DNA of 62,270 nt, counting the filler, from Dugesia japonica (lineage: Eukaryota), in assembly GCA_001938525.1 (NCBI GenBank). It is 7 parts of 7 records of this genome, joined end to end, with 100 filler letters (N's around TTAATTAATTAA, not from the genome) between each part and the next. Parts side by side here need not be neighbours in the genome. Positions count along the whole stretch, not along the records: positions 1 to 8,454 come from MQRL01544465.1; positions 8,555 to 18,213 come from MQRL01554416.1; 5 more parts are not named here. The stretch is one strand, 5' to 3'. The position numbers were made by a program, and so were the translations under genes. Below, piece after piece: positions 1 to 12,809 of the stretch. The notes under the pieces are model-generated. The model was not told where the DNA came from. It made no database searches and was given only the letters and a program-made list of their open reading frames with translations. How positions within the stretch are numbered: the first letter of the stretch is position 1; each line of letters opens with the position of its first letter.

Positions 1-1349
1 AAATCTGAATTCTCAAATCGGTATAACAACATTTTATTTAAAATTTATAAACAATCTACTAAAATGTTAATGAAAAAACGCTTGTAAATCGAATTCAATC
101 ATTTAAAATACTCTTATTTAAATCATAATCGTAACTGTATGATAACTATTCTAATCGGACTTTTCTTGTTGGCTTTTAACAATCAATTCTATTGTTAGAA
201 TATTTTGTGTCAATCGATATNNNNNNNNNNNNNNNNNNNNNNNNNNNNNNNNNNNNNNNNNNNNNNNNNNNNNNNNNNNNNNNNNNNNNNNNNNNNNNNN
301 NNTATTTCGAGTTTCTATGTTTAAATGATATAATATTTCGAGTTTTCAGAATGAGTGATTCAATATCTGAATATAATTTATTGATATAAAATAATAATAT
401 ATATAATTTATTGATAATTTAAATTTGGAATTGAATACGAGAGAATTGATTGAATTCGTAGTTTGCTGGTGACTCGCGATAACANTGTCACTATCTGATA
501 ATCGATTTNTTATTGATAACAAATTGATTATGAAAATGTAAATAGGTGTCAAGTGGTATAGATTTCTTCATTTGTTTTTCACTCAAATTTTGATAAATTA
601 TCGATTTTTTAAATTTACTTTTAAAAATTAATTGTTTTCAGTTTACATATTTAATCCATTAATTAGATCAATTTTTCCATAATTTCCTTTTATTTAATGT
701 TTTTCCAATTCATTTTTCAGGGGAAAATTAAGAGTTTCTAAGTTCTTTTATTTTCATTAATTATTTTACTCTATTTACTAGGTTATGTCGTGATTTGATT
801 TTGTTCATCATTTTTATTGCAATTGTTATCTTGATATACACATTGAAGAATCGTCTCGTTATTTTTGTAAATGAGTAGAGAGACTAATCAAAAGCTATAT
901 AAAAATAATATTGTTAAAAACTTTCACAATTTGTGTATAAATAGAACGGTTTATAAATGAGTGATTTATGATAAAGTATTTCGACTCTTACAACAATGTA
1001 CAAATAATTGAAATCAGTGTTTGTTTCCAGATGATGAATGAACCATCGAAATATATAGGAATTTTAAAATGATTTTTATTAAAGAAATTCTTGTTACTTT
1101 TTTTAGAATTTTTATAATAATTTATCAAGTAAATAAATTTTGACAGTTTTCCCCGTATATTTTTGTGGTTTTACTTGGTTTTCATCGATCTAAATTATTC
1201 ATACAATTTTAAATTAAATAAAATGAGGGGATTGGTCTTAGAGACTTAATTATTTTTCATTGGAAAAATGGACTAAATGGATGAACAACAGTTACTGAAA
1301 TCTGCGTTGTATGAGGTGTGGGAACCAAAAAGTTATATTTTTACCCTTA

Positions 1350-1945
1350 AAAATTATGAAACTCAAATATACATATTTGTATATTAAAAATCCAGTGATA
1401 TTTCTTTGTTCGTGATGCTCAAAATTTTAAACCTCAAAACTAATGATTCAGATTTATATTAATTTTATTAAAAGTTAAAAAAATTCGAAAGATTTAATAA
1501 AAATAATTCAGAAAATGGCCAAGAAAAGTATACAAAAATGGTCAACTTCAATGATTATAATTTTAAAAGTTTTAATGAAAAATATTAAAACATTCAATGA
1601 AATAATATATTAAAAACCCAGTGGTGTTTATATGTTTGAGCGTGATGCTCGAAATTTTAAACTAAAACTAAAAGACAAAAGCATGAAGATTGAACATTAT
1701 AAGACAACTTCCTGAAGTAATTGATGTGCCAAATATGGCGTGCGGTTGGTGGAGAAATCAAAGTGGACAAGAGGTATGTTTACAACAGGGAGAAAGAGAG
1801 CAGGTTGAAGGCAACCACTGACCTGAAATGTCTTCTCGATACTCACATTTCAGAAGATTTTGATCCGCAGTCAAAAAATCGTTGTTTGTGCCTGTTTTAC
1901 AAACATTACAGATTGTACTGCAATATTGTTTTTTCTGTGGGCTGA
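1350..1945 (+). mobile_element. Deleted relative of the same Helitron family, opposite orientation
   Basis: Shares the repeat (CCAGTG...GTGATGCTC) and the segment CAACTTCCTGAAG.AATTGAT...AAATCAAAG.GGAC with the reverse complement of 6300-6420. Confidence 0.7.
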
Positions 1946-2444
1946 GAACCAATTACACGCCTAACGACCAAGTCTTTAAATTAGAATACAACTTTAAAAA
2001 AAATAGAAACTATTCCTTCAAATAATTTAAATTGATTTGGTTACATTTTAAGAAATTGGTATTTGAATTTTATTTTTAAAGAATTTACTAATTAAAAACT
2101 TTTTGAAAACAATTTAAACACAAAATTTTACTTGTATTTTTAAATTGTCACACTGAATATAAAATAGGTAGTCTAAGAATCAACCATATATTTATGTTAT
2201 CCCGTATTTCTGCAAAATTTCAGATTTCCATATAACCAAAATAGTCATGTTTCGAATATAAATAACTTCGAAAAGATACGAGCTAAGAAAAGGAACATAA
2301 GTGAGATCTCTTTACTTTCAGCTATTTTAGAGTTCATAGATATTAGAGTTAGAAAATCGGCCGAAATTTCACATTTTATATTTGTCAAAAATATTGGATT
2401 GAATTTTTATTTTATAAGTCTCTTACCGAATTATATTTTCACAG

Positions 2445-2615
2445 GGTTATTTCAAAAATGTTGCTCAATTTTGTTGCCGGTATGATTATCCGAAAAAATG
2501 GGAAGTGATTTATAAAAAGAATCTGAATGATATGGAATCGGATGATTTGATAGATGACGATGACGCCCATCATGTTTTATTTAAAAATGAAAAGATTTGC
2601 AATGAAAATACGTAG
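2445..2615 (+). CDS. Possible terminal exon, weakly like a DHHC palmitoyltransferase C-terminus
   Basis: TTTTCACAG acceptor, then GYFKNVAQFCCRYDYPKKWEVIY...ENT*. Upstream exons could not be built. Confidence 0.3.
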   Translation, partial: GYFKNVAQFCCRYDYPKKWEVIYKKNLNDMESDDLIDDDDAHHVLFKNEKICNENT

Positions 2616-3057
2616 ATTTATTAAATGTGATATCGTTTTAATATCTACTTTATTTGCTTTCAATTTTATATTTAATTTCTGTTGATAGCAATTTGAATTT
2701 TTTTATCTTGGTGCTGCAAATATGATACAAATTTTATTGGCTAAATATAAAATATTAACTTTGTTGTAATTAATAATTTTTAAGGATAATTTTGCACTTA
2801 TAATGACGAATCTAATTTTTCAAAATTTCGATTCCTTAAAAGAGCACTGAAATTTATCAAATTTAGAATTCAAAATATAAATGATCAAGACTAGTGATAA
2901 GAGAAAATCTAAACTTCAAATTTAATCTATTTCTGCATGTGACAGTTAATTTTTCAATTAGATAAAAGTTTGATATTCTTGAATATTATTTTTGTTAAAA
3001 AGATATAATTTAAACTGATAAATTCATATTTGAAAATTACTTTTCTCTAAACAGATA

Positions 3058-4043
3058 CAGTAAAATCTTCAACTGCGCTGTAGATACGTTTTTCAAGCAC
3101 AGCACTAAAAACGAAATCTCGCAAGGTGAACCAGGGTTGATATACAATTATTGGTTCGGTTCCGGATATTAGAGAAAATTCAAAAATAAAATAAGTCTTT
3201 ATTCAATGTATTAGTTAAATTGAAAACCTCACAACTCTCCATAAATTTTTATATTAATAAGTTTTAAAATAAAAAGGATTAAGAATAATATATAGTATTC
3301 AAACAAATAATCTGAGAAATTCAATTTCAGTTGTCAATAAAATGTTTAAAAAAATATTGAATATAATTTTAAAAAATATTTTTACTTTTCATAAATTTTT
3401 AATTGTTTGTAAACATAATTTCATAAAATAAATTTTATACTTTTAAAATTTTTCCTAATATAATATATAGAAATTATTTAAATAAATTGTATTTATAAAA
3501 TGTTTTATATATTTAAAATTTGTTTTTACTTTTTTACAATAATTTTACAATAGAATGTTCCCAGATATTTTAAAATCTATGAATGACTCTTACACAATGA
3601 CTAATTTATTTGAATTAATATAAACATATAAAANNNNNNNNNNNNNNNNNNNNNNNNNNNNNNNNNNNNNNNNNNNNNNNNNNNNNNNNNNNNNNNNNNN
3701 NNNNNNNNNNNNNNNNNNNNNNNNNNNNNNNNNNNNNNNNNNNNNNNNNNNNNNNNNNNNNNNNNNNNNNNNNNNNNNNNNNNNNNNNNNNNNNNNNNNN
3801 NNNNNNNNNNNNNNNCTGTAACTTGTGGAAAAAGTCTTGTTAACAGTGATTGTTTACGGAATTTTTGTTTTTTTTTATATTTTAGTCTATAAGGCTAAAG
3901 CTCAAAATTCGGGGATCACTATTTTTGGTTTCTTATATTCGTTATTTCACGGGATTCATCAACATGCATCAACTAATTTTTTTGTTACAAATTAAAAAAC
4001 AGCGCAGCTATGATTTTTTTACCGCGCAGATCGAAGTTTTGGT
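3058..4043. mobile_element. Non-autonomous pogo/Tc1-like element
   Basis: Imperfect TIRs CAGTAAAATCTTCAACTGCGC and GCGCAGATCGAAGTTTTGG, flanked by TA. Confidence 0.5.
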
Positions 4044-5484
4044 ATTAAATACTTGGGTTACTGTATTTAAAAATTCTTTCTTTTAAAAGTAGTTCACATT
4101 TTTAAACTTGTTTAATTAAATATGGTAAGTTATTATTTAAAATTTTAAAAATAATTAAAGTAGTGCAAGTCTTTTTGTATCGAAAATTTAATTTGTAAAT
4201 TTTACTGATGTATAATATCCATTTTCTATAATTTGTTAATTTATTTTATGTAAAATGGATATCTAGGGACTATTATCTGATAATTGGAGGAAACAATTCA
4301 ATTAGTCTTTCAATGGTAAGCAAATTAACTAGTATTTCGCATTTTTCTTCACTTTTCTTTTTAAATGATACCACTTCATTTTATGTGCGTCTTCTGTCTC
4401 TTATAAAAGATTTTATATGGNNNNNNNNNNNNNNNNNNNNNNNNNNNNNNNNNNNNNNNATTTTGAATATGCGATGTTTTTTGCAATAAAACCTGTCTTA
4501 TTATTAGTTATTCTAAAAGCAGGATTAATACTAGTTGATTTCAATTTTTTTCCAAAAAAAATTCCTATTCAAAAGTATACAAATATAAATAATTTCCAAA
4601 TAAAAAAATTTCAAATAAAATATTTCTAAATAAAAAGAAGTGATGTCCTGAAATTTTAATTCAATGATTTTAATTTTATGTTAAAAATTTTATAATATAT
4701 AAATCTTAAAATATAATTAAATTTTTACTAAAATTATGTCTAAATTTTAGATTAAAAAATCATAGTAAAAAACATTTCAAATTAAAAAATTTTCCAATTT
4801 TTAAATATTTGTTGTTAAAATAACTATAACTTATTTTAATTAACCCAAAAATTAATTAGCCAATCAGAAATAGTTATAAAGAAGAAAATTGTGGTAATGG
4901 ATTTTTCTATGCATATTTTGCCCTGTTTAATCGGGTTGGTCATTCCAGTGTTTGTTAAATAAAACTTTATTTTTTAAGAGAGTTTTGAAAGTGTTTTTAG
5001 GTTTTCAGAATTTTACTATTAATAAATTAATATTAATTAAATTAATCAAATAAATTAGTAACTGGCAAATAAATAAATNNNNNNNNATAAAGAAAAAGTT
5101 TTCAACAATTACTCAATATCGTGGAAGAAATTAGCTACTCGGAAGAAATTGAAAGAAGTGTTGTAGAAAAAAAATCTGCAGTTTCAGTTATAATTTGTTT
5201 TTCTGGTAATAAAAATTTTTAAGAACAAAGTTATTGAGTAGATTGAACTGACACCCGCTACATGCCCATGTCTTTCGATTGCTTAACTGTTGTTATCCTA
5301 TGATTCAAATTCATCTGAATATGCTCAACACATGGTTGTGAATTTTATTTAGAATACTCTAACCCTGAATGTGTTTATATGAGTGATATAGTAATTTAAA
5401 TGTGTCTAATTGCAACAGAGCACATTGAATTTTAAATATTTTAATAGTTGTTTTCATTTTGTTACTTAAGTTTATTGTTTAAAA

Positions 5485-5811
5485 CAGGGGTGCCAAACCA
5501 AAAGGCTAACTTGGGCCGCAAAAAATCAATATTCATAGAAACACATATTCATTTCGAATAATACATTATAATAAACATATATAAAAGAACAAGAAAAATT
5601 TAATATTTACGCCCTGATACTTGACATCTCTTTTTGTGCTACTATCTTTCCTATTTCTGGAGAAATTTTGTATTATATTCTTATCTTATTTTTATTCTGA
5701 GTCGGTTTGTTATTTTATTATATATTATTGTGTGCCAATATATTGGATGCGTCGCAAAAATGTTCGTTGAAGGCCGCATGCAGCCTGCGGGTCGCGAGTT
5801 GGACACCTCTG
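5485..5811. mobile_element. hAT MITE
   Basis: TIRs CAGGGGTGCCAAAC and GTTGGACACCTCTG, with a perfect 8-bp TSD GTTTAAAA. Confidence 0.9.
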
Positions 5812-6129
5812 GTTTAAAACAATGATTTATAGATTAGTTGTGGTTATTATTCTGACAGATAATCATGTATTATTTTACTAGTTAATGAATGCTTGACATT
5901 TTCTATCATATACTTGGTGTTCTTACTTATTTTTAATCAATTTAAATTATTTAAGTTTTTTAAATTAAAGGAAATGAAGAGCAAAATGCAATTAGAGCCT
6001 AAAATAGATATTTGGTGATTTATAAGTAGCAATAGACACCGTGATCAAAGAAAGTGCATAGAAAAAAATCATTTGCAGAATTTTTTACTAAATTTTATTT
6101 ATGCATCATTATATTTTTACAATAGAAAA

Positions 6130-7518
6130 GATAAAAACATACACAGTAATTGTCGATGTGACATGGAAATGAGATCTGCTAAAATTATTTCCACCAATCA
6201 ATCGCCTTTTAGGCATCTCATTTTTGTCTTATTCGTTTTTTTGCTTAGGACTTGCTAAGGAAATCTTACTCTTTCAACATCAGTAACTTTCACTTGCTTT
6301 CTTTCATTCTGTTGTCCAACAAATCTGAAGTCCGCTTTGATTTTCTCAATAACAACCCGCTTTAGTTGACAGATCAATTTCTTCAGGAAGTTGCTCGATT
6401 ATGTTAACCGCCATTTATTGATATTCTTTGATCGCACCTGCTTCCCGCTTGCTCTCATTTTTATCATTTTACTGAAATTTTAATTGACGTCGTATCTTTG
6501 AAGTTAAATACGGAAGAATTCGTTATGGATCATGTTGCGAGTGAATTCTCAGCCATCTTTCAGCAATCAGTTTTTCTCGTGTGATTGTGAAATTGTCACT
6601 TTAATATTTTCTCCGTTGCGAATACTTGAAAAAGTAACAAAAAAACTGGCTAAATACCGGAAACTGCAAGTCAATNCCCATTATGGCATAAGTTTTACCT
6701 TGGAATTATTTCGTGGTAAGGTAGAACACCGGAGTCACCTGGAATTGATGTCGTCGTAAGACAAATGACAAGATAAATTCAAAGGATGCAAAAATAAATT
6801 GCCCCGTTTGCACTCAGAAATAATTTGTGTAGTGATTACATTCTAATAAAGATACTTAACTACCAATCGTTGCGTAAACCCTTCTTCAGATTCAAATTTC
6901 TCAATACGATGATAATAGTTCCAATCTTAAGAAAAGATTTGTGTCGGGACATGCAGAATAGAGTAACTTGGTTGAGAAATTTGGTAGTGAAATCCAGAGC
7001 ATCAGCAGATTAGATACTACTGAATTGACACTGCAATAAATTGCAAGATCATCTGGAAATCCGCAAATGATTTCACGATTCATTTCAAGAGCTTGATAAA
7101 ATTGAGCATCACTTACAAACAAACATATACTACTGGGTATTAAATATATTAATTGAAATTTTAAAAAGCCATAATAAAAAATCACAATTTTTGAATTTTT
7201 TAATAATATTGAGCATCATGCATTAACAAACAAGCAAGCATTCACCACTGAATTTTTTTATTAATAATTGAACTTTTAAAAGCTATAATAAAAAATAAAG
7301 AAATTTTAAAATTTTTGAAATTTATCGAATAATATTGAGAATCTCGCAGAAACCAATATATATATATACATACACCACTGGTATTTTGATATATTAACTG
7401 AAATCTTTAAAACCTAAAATAAACAATCACATCTTTTAAATAATTTTGAAATTTGCTGAATAATATTGAGCATCACGCGTAAACAAGAAAACAAACAAAC
7501 ACTACTGCGTGTTTATTA
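6130..7518 (-). mobile_element. Helitron remnant: PIF1-like helicase C-terminus (~6590-7100), downstream unknown ORF and ~110-130 bp tandem repeats
   Basis: Manual translation gives FLKIGTIIIVLRNLNLKKGLRN and RRHQFQVTPVFYLTTK*FQGKTYAIMGIDLQFPVFS, matching the Helitron motifs LKVG..I.LLRNL...GLCNG and RRQFP......TINKSQGQT. About 4 repeat units containing GAGCATCA lie at 7100-7518. Confidence 0.85.
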
Positions 7519-8453
7519 TGTTGGGGATTCACCTGAGTTGGATGTTAAGAAAAGGATGGCTGGGAAAAAACAGCCCTCGGGGAATCCTTTCAAGAATTTG
7601 AATCCAACACCCCTCAGTTGGATATTCAGTGCAGAGCGGTTGACATTCAACCTATACCGGAGGTTCACACTCGTACACCTTTAATTTGGGTTCATTAATT
7701 GCCCTTATAGACATAGATACAAAATTGGACAAAAGTTATCAAAACATCTATTAGTATTACATCTTATATGTCTTCCATCACACCAGGATCTAACCACTGA
7801 TTCGGGTCAGTCCCCCAAAAGTCAAACGCGGCAGTATCGTCATTGTCATCACACTGCGTCCACACAGGGTTTCCCATTTGGCTGGACAGGTCGGCTATGT
7901 ATTGCTTCAAGAATTCTATCTTTCTTTGTAATGTTTGTTTATTTTGTATTTCAAGAGCCATATTTTGGGCAGCCAAGTCACTCTGTTTTTAGACTATTAA
8001 ATCTAATTTCTTTATTAATCGGTTCCTCTGGGTGAGATGTTTTAGGATGACCTGTTCGGTCTTACGTTTTAAATGGCGTTCTAACAATAATCGTCGCATA
8101 ATCCGGTGACACCGTCGCAAACTTGTCGGGAATACGATTCGTGGCACTAAATGAAAAGTATAGTTAAGTCGGCTAAAACCAATTTTAAAAACAGAGAAGC
8201 AAATTAGAGTTGATGCAATTAAAACAATGTATTAAAGACAATCAAAATCATAAACGCGATAGCTCACGAGCATTTGGTCTGGGTACCTTTATCTACCAAG
8301 AGTGGGGGCAAAGGAATGGCTGTTCGCAACTTCAGGATATTCTCTATTAACTGATTCTCGCGCTCCTGGTATGACTTGATGAATTCGGTGAGGGATCCGA
8401 CTTGTGCTTTCCATACCCTTTCCTGCTTCTGGGTTGCTTCTATCTCTGATTTG
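7519..8453 (-). mobile_element. Copy B of the cassette element (3' part, cut by the contig end)
   Basis: Contains the ORF3 C-terminus (8264-8453, ...LVDKGTQTKCS*), ORF4 (7764-8146, premature TAA at ~7990) and the same 3' terminus. It interrupts a Helitron-associated repeat unit. Confidence 0.85.
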
Positions 8454-8498
8454 ANNNNNNNNNNNNNNNNNNNNNNNNNNNNNNNNNNNNNNNNNNNN

Positions 8499-8510
8499 TT
8501 AATTAATTAA
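8499..8510. other. Artificial assembly linker TTAATTAATTAA; also near 18258, 26898, 35603, 44198 and 53296
   Basis: The same 12-mer, with stops in all six frames, sits centred in ~100-nt N runs. Confidence 0.95.
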
Positions 8511-8554
8511 NNNNNNNNNNNNNNNNNNNNNNNNNNNNNNNNNNNNNNNNNNNN

Positions 8555-9300
8555 CAGAGCCATTTGAAACAGTATGTGTAGACATCACAGAACCATTAAC
8601 AACAGTAGCCGGTTATTCCTACATCTTAAGAATAATAGACGTATACTCCATGTATGTATCATTAATCCCGATGAAAAATATTACCGCAAAGGAGATCACA
8701 AAATCTATACTAGAAAGATGGATATCAAATTTTGGAATACCTAAAATCATTCATTCAGGCAATGGAACATAATTTAAGTCATCATCGATGAACAGATTAT
8801 GCGAGGAGCTACAGATAAATCAATCATATTCATCTCCATATTACCATGANNNNNNNNNNNNNNNNNNNNNNNNNNNNNNNNNNNNNNNNNNNNNNNNNNN
8901 NNNNNNNNNNNNNNNNNNNNNNNNNNNNNNNNNNNNNNNNNNNNNNNNNNNNNNNNNNNNNNNNNNNNNNNNNNNNNNNNNNNNNNNNNNNNNNNNNNNN
9001 NNNNNNNNNNNNNNNNNNNNNNNNNNNNNNNNNNNNNNNNNNNNNNNNNNNNNNNNNNNNNNNNNNNNNNNNNNNNNNNNNNNNNNNNNNNNNNNNNNNN
9101 NNNNNNNNNNNNNNNNNNNNNNNNNNNNNNNNNNNNNTAAAAATACCGGAAGAACCACGAACAGAACAAAACAAAGCCAAAGTAGGAGATTTGGTTATGG
9201 TAAAAACCAACTAGAAGAGATTCTCAGGACCATGGAAAGTTAATAATATTTTACCTAATAATAATTTAGAGCTTTCACTGAACAATAAAATAAGAAATTA
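8555..9300 (+). pseudogene. Gypsy integrase remnant
   Basis: Reads PFETVCVDIT...WISNFGIPKIIHSGNG...SSPYYH, with stops and a gap. Confidence 0.85.
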
Positions 9301-9449
9301 GGAAATAAAAGATTTACATAAAACTATATTGAGAAAATTGAAAAACTAAAGATTTCTTAAAAAGATGGAAAACGTTTAAATATTTTTAAAATTTAATTTA
9401 AATTATTAACCAATAAAAATTGAATCAGCTAATTAGGTCTTATTCGACT

Positions 9450-9760
9450 AAAATATCTATAATATCCTTGATGTTGCTTTAAATAATGCTGTCGTGTTAT
9501 ATGTTGGATAAAAGAATTTTCAAAAAAAACACAAATATCAGTAAAGAAGAGTTTTGGAAAAAACTATCTGAGAAAATTCTTGGAGATTATGAAGACAATC
9601 TACAAAATATGTAAGAAAATCGGAAAACTTCCATAAAAAGATTTTGCCATATGCGATCTTTGCCAAGAATCATAAAAGAGAAGCAGGTCAACCTTCCCTA
9701 GTTCAATGAATGTTTGTGAAGGGCAAAAAATTGAGATAAAGATCTGTCATAGCATTTAAT
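9450..9760 (+). pseudogene. Probable piggyBac transposase C-terminal remnant
   Basis: YNILDVALNNAVVLY...EEFWKKLSEKIL followed by a Cys-containing tail. Confidence 0.5.
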
Positions 9761-11360
9761 ATTTACTTTTTTATTTGTACTTATTCTATAATTAATTATC
9801 AAATGATCACCCTGGCCATGTTCAGATAAAAAATAAATTTTTATTCAAACACTTTTTGTAACAAAGACCAATAAAATCAAAAACCTAATATTTCCAGTGT
9901 TTTGTAAAAGCATTCGATAATTCGAATTATTTTTACATTACCTTTAGAAAATATAAAAGATTGAAACTTAGGGTCTTGTAACTTATAATTAAAAGTAACA
10001 ACAGGTGACTAAATATGGAAAAATGTTATCAAACGTTAACGGTTCGAGTTTAATGTTTCTTATAGTCAAATTATTTAAATTACCTTATAAATTGAAGAAC
10101 TAAATTATAATATTAATATAATTTGTTTATAACATCACAATTAAGTTCGAAATCGTATTTATATTGAAATTATTATAATATTTTCCAATTTAGGCTCAAG
10201 TAGATAATTAGAAAAGAATTAACATTAATTTGTCCACTTGTATTGAAATTCTATTAAGCATTCTTGATTAGTAAATCTAATAGTTAATTTTAAAGAATCA
10301 ACAAACAAGTTTTCATCGATAAACCAATTAGATTCACAGTACAAATAATTTTGTTACTTATAAAATTTTAAAAAATCATTTAAATCGTAATTTCATACTC
10401 ACGGTGAGCTGCTTGAAATAAAAGGTCCACTGCTAATAATTATATTGAATAAATTCATGTCAAATCTTTAATAAAACTAACTATTTGCGCCATTGAGTAT
10501 ACATAATAATAAATATTGATAACTTATATTTAAATCAAATTAACGCAAAATATAAATTCACTTTATTATAACAAAACAATTTGTTACAAAATTTAAATAA
10601 CAAAACATGCGTCTTTTAATTAAAATTTTATTCTTTTTTAATAATTAACACAAACCATAGCTAAAAAGATTCACGACCGCACAAACTAAGCATACATAGC
10701 GAGCAAAGAGAAAAATAAATACAGCACGAAATAACTTCATTAAAACTGACAAACTATCGCAATTTATACAGGTGAGAGTGACGGTAAAGTATAACAAATA
10801 AGCATTTGATTTCACGTTCCAGCATCAAGAAGTCACATATCATCTATCTTGTCAAGTCACGAGTATAAATATCATCTCAAAACTATCACTTGTGTCAGCA
10901 GATTTACCACATACTACCACACCGCACACCAACTACAATGCAAATAATTAATCTTAATTAACATCATTGATATAGAATCAAATTATAAAAATTAAAAAAT
11001 GAGATTTTTAGGAAAAAATAAATTATTAATAAAAATGAATGTTTCGCTATTGGTCTTTTACTTCGGTTGTGGTTTTGTGACTTAAGGCTTTGACCTAAAA
11101 CTCATCAATTTCCCTTTTGATAGAACATCGGTGTACTATATTTATCAATAAAGATCCATCTGAAACATTTAGAATAAAAAACAAATTAACAATGGAAGAA
11201 ATCTATTAACACAAACATCATTCTAAATCAAAAAAGGTAATAAAGCCTAAAACAAAGAAACTGATAAATGCTCCAATAATAACGGCGAGTTTTAAATTTG
11301 TAATAAACATTAAAGGGTATAAATTATAGATTAGTCATTTCAATGCAAAATTCATGATTA

Positions 11361-12489
11361 CAGAGTTATTAATAATTATACGCAAAAATATATTTAATTA
11401 TATGCAAAAATATTAATTTTATATATGTGAATCTGAAAACTAGTATGCATAGTATAAAACCAATACATTAATTATTTTCTATTGATTTTATTTAACTTTT
11501 CGATTTTATAAGCCATGGATAATAAAATAGTAAATTTAAATAATAAAGGTGGTGTTGATATCAACAAAATACGAAATACTAGTACTCAAGAAACAATACG
11601 GAATAGTAAAAACATGGTATTAAATGGAAAGACGGCGGCACAAATATCGACGGATTTACGTCTGTCTAAAAGAATTGTTTNNNNNNNNNNNNNNNNNNNN
11701 NNNNNNNNNNNNNNNNNNNNNNNNNNNNNNAATATTTTGAATGACATAGATTTGAAATCCTTGGTTCAAAAACCGGGATCAAAATTTTCTATACTTACAC
11801 CAAAGGGTGTGGCGCATGCGGAGGCCGTTCAAAACGACCCAAGTTTGACACAAAAAGGAATGGCATTGGTGTTCGAAATTAGTCAACCATCAGTAAGTTG
11901 GCATTTGAAAAACTTGAAATGACGAAAAAAAATTGTTATAGTTGAAAGAAAAAATTCTAGTTAAGTTATCAATCTTAGAAAAAAATTTGCTATCAGATAT
12001 TGGTTAAAAAATAACGACATATTAATTTATCTCGATAAAACAGGAATGAATTTCCATTCTACGAGAAATTATGGTTATAGCCCGAAGAATACGCTAGCGA
12101 GAGTCCAAGAGGAAAGAATAATTCAATTTTAACAATATTTTCGCATTACACACAAAAATGATACAAGGTGCTTTTAATTCGGCTTTATTGATTGATTTTT
12201 TAAATTAATATCAAATTAAAAACTTTTTTCAATAAATGTTAGTCTAGATTTCACAAGACTAACTTAGTCAGGGAATTTTTTAATGCAAAATGGATTTCAT
12301 TTCCTTTTATACCACCCTATAGTCCAGAATTTAACCCCATTGAAGAGCTGTTCAGTACTATGAAAAACAGGTTGTACGAAAAAAGCGAAAGACCAACTAC
12401 AACTTTGATATTAACGAGGTATATTGAAGAGGCTTTTAATGAGACGAACACAAATTTAAATTTCGGAAGTTTTATAGAGGCATGCGTGA

Positions 12490-12525
<36 letters not shown>

Positions 12526-12647
12526 TTGTTATTATTTTGCATATAATTATTAATATTCTTGTATATAACTATTAATATTTTTGCATAATTATTAATATTC
12601 TTGTATATAATTATTAATATTTTTGCATATAATTATTAATAACTCTG
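11361..12647 (+). mobile_element. Tc1/IS630-type DNA transposon, decayed
   Basis: TIRs CAGAGTTATTAATAATTATA with ~22-bp subterminal repeats. Motifs IYLDKTG, YGYSPK and PPYSPEFNPIEELFS. Confidence 0.9.
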
Positions 12648-12809
12648 AATTATCAAATATCTATTTGTGGTTTCTGATAATTTCAAAACTTTCTACCAAT
12701 ATATATATTATAACATGATTGTATTAATATTTTAATCAATTATGCTTTAGAAATAAGTGTCTAAAGCAGTATTTATACTAAGCATATATAAATCGGTGGA
12801 AGTTTTAAA

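Noticed and set aside
721-878. Possible exons for a tail-anchored membrane protein (LCRDLILFIIFIAIVILIY)
   Set aside because: They are short, have a weak donor, and AT-rich DNA yields hydrophobic frames by chance.
9800-11330. Several GT donor-like sites suggesting a minus-strand gene
   Set aside because: The candidate exons have stops in the frames tried.
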